From assembly GCA_963745075.1 (NCBI GenBank), contig CAVUWV010000036.1, positions 160,001 to 224,000 of the forward strand: DNA of 64,000 nucleotides. Reading direction: 5' to 3'. A program made the translations under genes and the position numbers. The notes beneath the pieces were generated by a model. The model did no database searches. It was not told the DNA's origin and was given only the letters and a program-made list of their open reading frames with translations. Within the stretch, counting starts at the first letter, position 1; each line of letters opens with the position of its first letter. The stretch is from Candidatus Hydrogenedentota bacterium (GTDB taxonomy: Bacteria > Hydrogenedentota > Hydrogenedentia > Hydrogenedentales > SLHB01). Below, one piece after another: positions 55,960 through 64,000 of the stretch.

Positions 55960-56312
55960 CCCGTCTCTCCTTCGCCGGTTTGCTTGTTCTCATCTCGCCC
56001 TGCGGACCGATGCTCCGGCGTTCGCGTGATGGGGAGGACCTGTGCGGACTTCCGCCACGCAGGACGGACGGGCTTGCTTTGCGGGAGTCGGAGGTGATGC
56101 GAGGTGCAAGCAAACCACGCACTGAGGGAGACGCGGCCGAATTCTCCCACGGGCTTCGGCCCGCACAGGCCGGGTAGAGAGGAAGCAAACTCATCGCAGG
56201 CGCTGAGCCGGAGCCGAAACCAGCGGCATCGTGGACGCCCAACCAAACCGAATACTCTGTTGCCGCTTTGACTGACCATCTACCGTCTCGACTCTTTTGC
56301 CCAGGATTGTGT

Positions 56313-56352
56313 TGTCTAAGTGATGTCTAAATAACGTCACGATTGTGACACA
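56313..56352 (-). promoter_or_regulatory. Putative CarH/LitR operator (11-bp-spaced direct repeats) upstream of the crt operon
   Basis: TGTCTAA at 56313 and 56324 (TTAGACA on the minus strand; spacing 11), with weaker copies at 56335 and 56346. CarH operators are tandem 11-bp repeats with TnnACA. Confidence 0.7.
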
Positions 56353-56539
56353 AGATTCCCGAAAAGGCAAAATTATTCTCCCTCCAACACTCAGATGGTC
56401 CAATTATAGACTTAAATCATTTCATAGCAGTCATTTAATAATTTGAGCCAATACGAATTGGCCCCATCGCCACCGTATCCCGATACTCTTCCAACTTCCC
56501 TTTTTCCATCCGGATTGATTCCTGGTTTCGCCATATTTC

Positions 56540-56568
56540 TAGACATTCATTGAACAAATCAGTATAAC
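56540..56568 (+). promoter_or_regulatory. Promoter of the carH-like gene overlapped by TnnACA repeats
   Basis: TAGACA (56540)-N17-TATAAC (56563-56568); TAGACA and TGAACA (56551) are 11 bp apart; the ATG is only 7 nt after the -10. Confidence 0.6.
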
Positions 56569-56575
56569 TGTAAGT

Positions 56576-57517
56576 ATGAGCAGCGAAAAACGGCATCCCA
56601 TTCAAGTGGTCGCGGCCCAGACCGGACTGACCCAGCACGCAATCCGCGCGTGGGAGCGCAGGTACGGCGCCGTGCAGCCCGCGCGTACCCCGACCAATCG
56701 CCGCATGTATTCGGACGACGATATCGCTCGGCTCCGATTACTGTTGCGCGCGACCCAAGAAGGGCGCAGTGTCGGCCAAGTCGCTCAACTTCCAACCGAT
56801 GAACTGCGCGACCTGCTTAGGGATGTGCCGCGCACCGTAGTCGCCCGTCGCAATAGAATCGACGGACCCCCGACACCAGAGACCTTTCTGGCGAACGCCG
56901 TGCAGGCAGTGGAGGAATTGAATGGAGAGAAGCTTGAAGCCGCGCTCGCGGAGGCCGAGACCAGCCTAAGCCAGGTCCGTGTGATTGAAGATGTGGTTCT
57001 GCCGCTGATCGAGGAAGTGGGAGACCGGTGGCGCATCGGGACTCTGCGCGTTGCCCACGAACATCTGGCCTCGAGCGTCGTGCGCGGATTCCTTACGACC
57101 ATGCGGGTAGGGATGCGCGCGCCGGAGCATGCCCCGGTCGTGGTGTTTGCCACGCCCGCCGCGCAGTGGCACGAACTGGGCGCACTTATGGCCGCCGCCG
57201 CCGCCGGTTTGGAAGGGTGGCGCGTGACTTACCTCGGGCCGAATCTGCCTGCGGAAGAAATCGCAGCGGCAGCTCTCACCGTGGATGCGAAGGTCGTTGC
57301 CCTCAGCATCGTGTATCCCGAAGACGATCCGCTACTGGGACACGAATTGCGGAAACTCCGGAAACTTTTGGGGCCAGAGGTCCTCATTCTCGCCGGAGGA
57401 CGCGCCGCGTCAGCCTACCTTCCCGTGCTGCAGCAGGTCGATGCTGTGCATACACCGGATCTGAAATGTCTTCGGCAAGAGTTGCTGCAGGCCCGCCGCC
57501 CCGCGACCACACAGTAG
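56576..57517 (+). CDS. carH: MerR-family cobalamin-binding photoregulator (CarH/LitR)
   Basis: MerR HTH (IRAWERRYG, RRMYS), W-x9-EH (WRIGTLRVAHEH), HELG, YLGPNLP and LAGG; divergent from the crt operon. Confidence 0.88.
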   Translation: MSSEKRHPIQVVAAQTGLTQHAIRAWERRYGAVQPARTPTNRRMYSDDDIARLRLLLRATQEGRSVGQVAQLPTDELRDLLRDVPRTVVARRNRIDGPPTPETFLANAVQAVEELNGEKLEAALAEAETSLSQVRVIEDVVLPLIEEVGDRWRIGTLRVAHEHLASSVVRGFLTTMRVGMRAPEHAPVVVFATPAAQWHELGALMAAAAAGLEGWRVTYLGPNLPAEEIAAAALTVDAKVVALSIVYPEDDPLLGHELRKLRKLLGPEVLILAGGRAASAYLPVLQQVDAVHTPDLKCLRQELLQARRPATTQ

Positions 57518-57518
57518 T

Positions 57519-59420
57519 TCAGTCGCGAGCCCGCGGCGTAATCGTAAGCTCCAGCCGTTTCCCATCGCGCATCACCGCGATGGTGACCGGTTCGCCAATC
57601 TTCAAGGCCTCGATGGCGTACGTGTAGTCGTAAATGTTTTCGATGATCGTGCCGGCAAGTTCGACCACCACGTCGCCGCCTTGTACGCCTGCCTGCGCGG
57701 CCGGTCCACCTTCGGCCACGCCGGAGAGTTTCAGTCCGTTGCCGCTATCCTGTGAATAGTCCGGGATCGTGCCGAGATACGCGCGTAAACCCGCGCCGCC
57801 CTCGCGCTCCGGCGGTTTCGCCTGCGGGATGTAGTCTGGCGCCTCGGCGCATTCGGCGAGGTACGCGGTCGCTTCCGCCATGAACCGGGCGACTTGCGCG
57901 GCCCCGGCGTAATTGATCGTACTGGGCGTGTCGCGCGGCGTATGATACTCCTCGTGCGCACCCGTGAAGGCATTGATGAACGGTACGCCGCGCACGAAGA
58001 ACAACGTCGCGTCGGTAGGCAGATAGCTGTCGTCTTGCGTGGTGACTTGGAGATTGCCCGCCGCCTCGCGCCATTTCGGGATCAGACCTTCCCAGATCGA
58101 ACTCGAACCCACGCCGCCGATGATGACGGACTCGCGCAGACGGCCAATCATGTCCATGTTGACGTACGCGGCGATCGCCGGACGCAACGGTTCGGATTCG
58201 GGGATGTCGCGATAGGTTTGCGCAAACTTCGCCGAACCGAGGAGCCCCAGCTCTTCGCCCGACCACGCGGCAAAGAGGATGTCGCGTTTCGGCTTGAACG
58301 CGCCCGCCTTCTTTTGGTTTACAAGATACTGGGCAATCTCAAACATCCCGGACACGCCGGACGCATTGTCATCTGCGCCGTAATGGATGCGGTTCGTCTC
58401 GTAGTCCCGGGCGAGCGATCCCGTACCCGAACCGCGGCCGAGATGATCGATGTGCGCTCCTACGACAACTACACCCTCTTCGGCTGGGTCGTCCGCAGGA
58501 AGCCGCGCCAAAACGTTGCGGCCCGTGCGTTTCTCCTGGACGATATCCACGTCCACGCGCAGGGTCGTGTCCGGCGGTTCAAAACCCATCACCGGATCGC
58601 CGGTGTCCAATTCGGATTGCACCGCCTCCAACGTGCGGCCCGCCGTGCTCAGCAGGGATTCGCCGACCCGGTCGTCTACCGAAACGGCTGCGATGCTGGT
58701 ACCCGAGAACGACGCGTCGAAACTCAAGTTCACCAGCGGATCGGACACCTTGGAATTGGGTCCGCTCACGAACACGATTCCCAGCGCGCCCCGGTCGCGG
58801 GCAATCATGGCCTTGTAGCGGAGTCCGGCGTACTGGGTGAGGTGCAGTCGCCGTTCCTTGGACACATTCTCCGGGATATACCGGAACACGACGACCCACT
58901 TGTCCTTCACGTCGAGGTGGACGTAGGAATCGTATTCGGGGAGGTCCTCATGTTCCGGCGCGACGATGCCGTAGCCGGCGAACGCAACCGGCGCTTCAAA
59001 TGTGCCCGTTTTCGAGAACGCCACCGGACGCCACGCCTCGTCCACGGGATAACAATCCGGTTCCGGCGCACCGGGCCGCACGACGCATAACTGATTATCG
59101 GGCCCCAACGACGCGCCCGCCGTGAAGTCGAAGGACTGAAACCACGACCCGTCATCGCCCGCCCGTTCCAGGCCCAGCCATTCGAAAACCTCCGCGGCGT
59201 AATCCGTCGCGCGGTGTTCTCCCGGCGTGCCGGTAGAACGTCCCTCCATGACCTCCGAAGCAAGGTAATCCAGATGGAGCCGTATGTCCCCGGGAAGGAT
59301 CTCCGGCACCGTAGTGGCAAGATCCGGCGGCTCCGCCTCCGCCCGCGCGAAGGAGGGAAGCGTCGGGAAAACAAGACACGCTGCAAAAGTGACGAGCCGG
59401 ATAACGCCAGTAGGTAGCAT
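57519..59420 (-). CDS. M28 family peptidase with PA and PDZ domains
   Basis: Signal peptide; GAHIDHLG, GADDNASG, SGEELGLLGS, NMDMIGR and YHTP.D; C-terminal PDZ YLGTIPDY. Confidence 0.92.
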   Translation of the reverse strand: MLPTGVIRLVTFAACLVFPTLPSFARAEAEPPDLATTVPEILPGDIRLHLDYLASEVMEGRSTGTPGEHRATDYAAEVFEWLGLERAGDDGSWFQSFDFTAGASLGPDNQLCVVRPGAPEPDCYPVDEAWRPVAFSKTGTFEAPVAFAGYGIVAPEHEDLPEYDSYVHLDVKDKWVVVFRYIPENVSKERRLHLTQYAGLRYKAMIARDRGALGIVFVSGPNSKVSDPLVNLSFDASFSGTSIAAVSVDDRVGESLLSTAGRTLEAVQSELDTGDPVMGFEPPDTTLRVDVDIVQEKRTGRNVLARLPADDPAEEGVVVVGAHIDHLGRGSGTGSLARDYETNRIHYGADDNASGVSGMFEIAQYLVNQKKAGAFKPKRDILFAAWSGEELGLLGSAKFAQTYRDIPESEPLRPAIAAYVNMDMIGRLRESVIIGGVGSSSIWEGLIPKWREAAGNLQVTTQDDSYLPTDATLFFVRGVPFINAFTGAHEEYHTPRDTPSTINYAGAAQVARFMAEATAYLAECAEAPDYIPQAKPPEREGGAGLRAYLGTIPDYSQDSGNGLKLSGVAEGGPAAQAGVQGGDVVVELAGTIIENIYDYTYAIEALKIGEPVTIAVMRDGKRLELTITPRARD

Positions 59421-59581
59421 GTTCGTTCCTTGCAGTAACTCCGAGAAGAAGAGGAGTATAGCATGGCACACGCATCGCCCGTTGCGAAATTCGGCGCTCC
59501 GGCGCATAATGTCATAGAGACGTGGGGAGAGCGTCGTCCTGGACGGTGCAGCACCTACCGGCACATCAGGGGGAAGACCGG

Positions 59582-59929
59582 ATGAAAGCCTTGGGCTATT
59601 TGTTTGCCGGATTCTTGATTGTATTGGGGATGCTGTTCTGTGTGGCCGCCGGCGCCACCGGCCTTTGGCAACGATGGATATTGGGCGGAATCCTTTTGGG
59701 TTCGGGCCTTGCCGTTGTGTACTTCCTGCGCATGAAGACCCCCGAAACCCGCGTTTCCGTCACCCAACAAATCGACCTCACCGGGGATGTCAGCCTCGAA
59801 AAACTGACGTGTAAGAATTGCGGCGCCACATTGGATTCCAAGAGCGTGTCCGTGCGTGCCGGGGCGGTATTCGTGAGCTGTCCCTATTGCGAAACCGAAT
59901 ACCAGATGGAGGAGGCACCGAAATGGTAA
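59582..59929 (+). CDS. Small membrane protein with a C-terminal zinc ribbon
   Basis: Two TM helices, then CKNCGATLD...CPYCETEYQMEEAPKW; stop overlaps the radical SAM start. Confidence 0.8.
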   Translation: MKALGYLFAGFLIVLGMLFCVAAGATGLWQRWILGGILLGSGLAVVYFLRMKTPETRVSVTQQIDLTGDVSLEKLTCKNCGATLDSKSVSVRAGAVFVSCPYCETEYQMEEAPKW

Positions 59930-61294
59930 CCACCCTCAAAAAGAAGATGCGCGACATCTTCGGACAGCCCGGGCCGGTCCAACCGGGTCTTTACCACTAC
60001 CAGCGTGAGTTGGCGGATCGGTACATGCGCCTGCATCTGCGAATCGACCCCGACCATACCGGCATGCTTTCCGTGAATGCGTCGGGCGTGCTCCATCTCA
60101 ACGAAACGGCCGCCGCCATGATGAAGCAGGTCCTCGACGGCAAGTCGAAAGCCGACGCCGTAACATGGACGAGGAAAGTCTACCGCGGAGCGAAAAAAGG
60201 CAGCGTCGAAAAGGACTACGACCAGATTCTCGATATCGTGCGGCACTTGGAAACCACCGAAGACGCGTGTCCGGTCTATTCCGTGAACGTTCCCTCCATC
60301 CCGCCGTTTGGCCGCAAACCTTCCGCGCCGTACCGTGCGGATCTCGCGTTGACCTACGCATGCAACGACAACTGCACCCACTGCTACGTTGCGCGCCGGC
60401 CCGAAGACGTGGAGCCCCTAAAGCTCGATGAATGGATTCGAGTACTGGAAAAGCTTCGCGACATCGGTGTGCCGCACGTATGCTTCACAGGCGGCGAAGC
60501 CACGGTCAGCCCGCATCTCAGGGATCTTGTCGAGAAAGCGGAAGACCTCGGCATCATCACGGGGCTCTTGACCAACGGGCGCAAGCTCTCGGATCGTGAG
60601 TTCACCAAGCGCCTGTGCGACGCCGGTCTTGACCACGTGCAAATCACGATCGAAAGCCATGACGAAATGGTCCACGACCGCATGGTGGACACGGAAGGCG
60701 CGTACAAGGAAACGGTCGAGGGGATTCGCAACGCCCTCGCGGAAGACATCTACCTCGTCACCAATACCACCTTGTGCGCGCTTAACGCGGACGACATCGA
60801 AGAGACTATCGAATTCCTGCACGGCCTCGGCGTGCGGCAGTTCGCCATGAACTCCTTCATCAACACGGGACGCGCGCCGAAATCGGGTCTCGGCATCGAC
60901 GAAGCAGGATTTGGAACCCATCCTGGGACTCGTCACGGAGAAGGCCGACGAGTTGGGGATGCGTTTCATCTGGTACAGTCCTACCCAGTATTGCGTGCTG
61001 AATCCCGCCGAAATGGGCGTCGGATTCAAACGCTGCACCGCCGCCGAATACAACATCTGCATCGAACCCGACGGTGCGGTCCTGCCGTGTCAGAGTTACT
61101 ACAAACCCGTGGGCAACTTCCTCAAGGATGACTGGAAATCCATCTGGGAAAGCCCCTTGTTCCTGGCGATTCGCAACCGAACGGAACTGCCGGAAGATTG
61201 CCGCGAATGCCCCGACATGGACGTCTGCGGCGGCGGATGCCCCTTGAGCGGCGGCGATCAGTTCCTGTGTTCGGACAGTCCTTCGGAGGGATAG
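59923..61294 (+). CDS. Radical SAM/SPASM protein with N-terminal PqqD/RRE-like domain (one frameshift ~60905)
   Basis: LHLNETAAAM (RRE-like); CNDNCTHC, FTGGE and LLTNG; SPASM CTAAEYNICIEPDGAVLPC...CRECPDMDVCGGGCP in the 60911 frame; ~456 aa reconstructed. Confidence 0.9.
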
Positions 61295-61298
61295 CGTG

Positions 61299-63139
61299 AT
61301 GAAACGCCTCGCACTTGTACTCATCCTAGCCGCCGGGCTTGCCGTCGTTGCGCACGCGCAAAACTATCGCTTCGCCATTCCCGAGGCCGAAGTCACGGTT
61401 ACCATCCAACCTGACGGTGCCGCGCTGATTCAGTACCGGCTGACATTCACGTGCCGGTCCGGTGCACATCCCATCGAACGTCGTAGATATCGGCATGCCC
61501 AACCTGTCAAAACACTCGCCCGGCGGCGCCACGATCGACGGTAACCCAATCCCGCAAAGCAGCGTTCGAATTTCGACCTATCTCAAACCGCGCGGCTCCG
61601 GGTATGAGATCCAACTTGGCCGGCACACGATCCGGCCCGGCCAGACCGGCGTCTTCGAGTTCACGGCGCGCGAACAGAATATGGTCTGGCAGGACACGAC
61701 CAACCCGGACCTGGCATCGTTCCGGTTCACCCCGACCTGGTTTGGTTCCCAATTTGTCGATGGGACCACCCGCTTGACCCTGCGCTACAAGCTGCCAATC
61801 CCGGCGGCGCAATATCCTGCCGCGAAGGATCAAATCCTGTGGCAAAAGAAGGGGCAGGACTTCGATGTCAAAGGCGTGATGGAAGGCGAAGACGTCGCCT
61901 CGGTCGCCTGGGTGGATACCGTGCGGCTGACGGGCCCCCACGAATACGGCGTCTCCTTTCCCAAGCGCTTCGTGACCAACGTGCGGAAAGACTCGATCTG
62001 GGGCCTGTTCCTGCGCTGGTTCAAGGGGAATCCCGACGTCGCAATTCATGAGCGGCGTCGCATTGCTCTTCGTGTTCAGCATCTGCTTCTTCATGCTGAC
62101 CCGCGGCACGGGGTTCGCCCTCTACATTATCGCCACGGCGGGGTTCATCTACGGGATGTACCAGAGCGTCGTGTTTCATTTGTGGTTGTACCTGGCGATG
62201 CTCGCGCTTGTGTTGCTCGTATGCCTGATGCGGCAGCGCCGCAAACGCCGGTACTTCCCGGCCGAACTGTGCCGCGAAGGCGGTGGGTTGAAGCGCGGCC
62301 TGACCGCGGTCGAAGCCGCCATCCTTCTCGAAATCCCCTTGAACAAGATCTTGACCATGGTGATCTTTGGACTCGCCAAGAAAGGGCTCATTGAAGTCCG
62401 CGAAGAAGACCCCATGCGCATCGAAGTCGTCGCCACACACCGGAAATTGCGGGTCTGGACCCGGCCGGACGGAAAAGACGTAAAGATCTGGCCGTTCGAA
62501 GAGTCGTTCCTGCGGATCTTCAAGGACCAGCACGACAAACCCGTCGAAGCCATGAAGTTGGACGAACCGTTTGACGCAGTCATCGAGCGGGTCGTCACGG
62601 CCATGAAAGGGTTTGATCTCAAGGCCACGCGCGAATACTACCGCAGCATCGTCTCGCGCGCTTGGATGATGGTCGAAACGGAAGCGGGATACGAGGCCCG
62701 CTACCAACGGCTCGACCGCCACCTGGAATGGCTGCTGATGGACGATTCGTGGGACCGCCGGTTGAAGGATACCACCGCGGAAACGCCCTATTACCCCAGT
62801 TGGTGGCACGGGTACGGACAAAGCCACGGACCCGTCTTCGGTGGTGGCGTCGCTCCAACTATTCCGTCCGGCGGCACTACGCCGTCGACTTCTTTTGGCA
62901 ACGTCGCCAGTTCCATTGTGGGCCGTTTCGAAGGCACTTCCAGCCGCGTCGTGGGAAGCCTCGACGCGCTTTCTGGCTCGACAGCCGGGACCATTAATCT
63001 TTCCGGTCTTGACAAGTTCACCGGAGAAGTCTTGAGCGGTTTGGCCAAGGGCGGCGGCGGAGGCGGCGGGGGTGGGGGCTGCGCGTGCGCCTGCGCCGGG
63101 TGTGCGTGTGCCTGCGCCTGTGCGGGCGGCGGACGATAA
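61299..63139 (+). CDS. DUF2207-like membrane protein with C-terminal Gly10-(Cys-Ala)n tail (frameshifts ~61477 and ~62040)
   Basis: Signal peptide; V.VTIQPDG..LIQY extracellular domain; three TM helices; RGLTAVEAAILL...LAKKGLIEV; ends GGGGGGGGGGCACACAGCACACACAGGGR; ~612 aa reconstructed. Confidence 0.8.
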
Positions 63140-63147
63140 GGATCGTC

Positions 63148-63786
63148 ATGCCCGCGCCCGAAGAATTACGCGCCATCTATCGCGGGCAAGCGGAGTGGTT
63201 CGCGGGTGAACGCAACCGGCTCCTGCGCAAGGCCGAGATCGCGCGGTGCCGTCGCGTCCTCGATCTCGGGACCGGCACCGGCGAACTCCTGGAAAACCTG
63301 GATCGGCGGGCGGCCGGGTTCGCCGTCGGCCTCGATGCCGACGGCGCCGTATTACGACTGGCCCGTGGCCGACGGGTTAACGCTCGGGCCGAATCATTGC
63401 CGTTCGCGGACAACGCGTTCGATGTAGTCTTCACCCAAATGTTCTTCCTGTGGGCGTCACCGCTGGAACGTGTCCTCGCAGAAATCTTCCGTATCCTTCA
63501 TCCGGGGAGTATTCTAATCGCCGCAGCCGAACCCGATTACGGCGGCGCCATCGAATATCCGGAAAATGACGCCGGAGCAAAGTCCTTCGAAACGCAACTG
63601 GCACGCGACGGTGCCGACCCGCGCGTCGGCCGCAAGCTGGACGAGGCCATGCGGCGCACGGGATTCGACGTGGAATGCGGCGTACACACCGCGCGCCCTT
63701 TGGAGCGAGCGATAACGGGAACCATTGAAGATGGAGCGTTCTTGTACGTTCCCTATTTTCATTTTCTGGGATGGAAACCCGCGTGA
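63148..63786 (+). CDS. Class I SAM-dependent methyltransferase
   Basis: VLDLGTGTG, AESLPFADNAFDVV and EIFRILHPG..AEPDYG; starts 8 nt after the preceding stop. Confidence 0.9.
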   Translation: MPAPEELRAIYRGQAEWFAGERNRLLRKAEIARCRRVLDLGTGTGELLENLDRRAAGFAVGLDADGAVLRLARGRRVNARAESLPFADNAFDVVFTQMFFLWASPLERVLAEIFRILHPGSILIAAAEPDYGGAIEYPENDAGAKSFETQLARDGADPRVGRKLDEAMRRTGFDVECGVHTARPLERAITGTIEDGAFLYVPYFHFLGWKPA

Positions 63787-63825
63787 CGGTCTGGTAGCGC
63801 CTCGCATAGAATTTTTGGGCGCGCA

Positions 63826-64000
63826 CTACCCCTTGTCGCGATACGCGGCGGTAACCGTGCTGGCAAGTCCGCCACGGGGATTGCACGTGATGACAATCTT
63901 CATGTGCCGCGGTTGGCAGGCCTTGACGAGATCGTCGAGCATGCGGTTCACGAGGTGTTCGTACCAGATCCCTACGTCGCGGTACGAAGTGAGGTAGTAC
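63826..64000 (-). CDS. queF: PreQ1 synthase (7-cyano-7-deazaguanine reductase), 3' end only
   Basis: Manual translation YYLTSYRDVGIWYEHLVNRMLDDLVKACQPRHMKIVITCNPRGGLASTVTAAYRDKG* matches the type I QueF C-terminus. Confidence 0.85.
   Translation of the reverse strand, partial: YYLTSYRDVGIWYEHLVNRMLDDLVKACQPRHMKIVITCNPRGGLASTVTAAYRDKG

Noticed and set aside
55956..56279. 107-aa ORF or cobalamin riboswitch in the crtB leader
   Set aside because: The ORF has no RBS or recognisable composition, and I could not find the B12-box or other conserved cobalamin riboswitch elements.
57519..59420. M28 peptidase as the leader protease of the rSAM system
   Set aside because: It is divergently transcribed, carries a signal peptide (wrong compartment for a cytoplasmic tail), and is a widespread standalone architecture. 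A link cannot be supported without synteny data.
59923..61294. rSAM as PqqE, anaerobic sulfatase maturase, heme d1/Ahb enzyme or QueE
   Set aside because: No pqqABC, sulfatase or nir/ahb genes are nearby. The adjacent queF is convergent, and QueE lacks RRE and SPASM domains.
63080..63125. Cys-Ala tail as a DNA microsatellite artefact
   Set aside because: Synonymous codons vary throughout, and the repeat is interrupted in frame by Gly and closed by GGGR-stop.

Overview
GC-rich bacterial chromosomal window with about 50 genes. No rRNA, tRNA, CRISPR array or transposase was recognised. Many genes carry single-base frameshifts that look like long-read consensus errors, so several calls below are stitched across frames. 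Contents in order: a partial 5-oxoprolinase/hydantoinase, a SAM methyltransferase, a DASS transporter, a two-domain cell-wall amidase lipoprotein, sugar-catabolism genes (epimerase, PmoA-like protein, Tat oxidoreductase, GH78 and GH106 rhamnosidases), a vapBC module converging on rtcB, ilvD, comEC, an ArnC/LAB_N/ArnT-type lipid-modification cluster, two head-to-head acyl-CoA dehydrogenase paralogues, two DUF11 surface proteins, sdhCAB, an ActP-like symporter, a CarH/LitR-regulated carotenoid operon, an M28 peptidase and the 3' end of queF. Several REP/MITE-like inverted-repeat elements lie between genes. The standout locus is a tightly coupled four-gene operon at 59582-63786: a membrane Zn-ribbon protein, an RRE/PqqD-radical SAM-SPASM enzyme, a DUF2207-like membrane protein ending in G10-CACACAGCACACACAGGGR, and a SAM methyltransferase. 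I infer a candidate RiPP-like modification system whose substrate is the Cys-Ala tail of a large membrane protein rather than a small precursor peptide. All family names come from motif recognition, not database searches.
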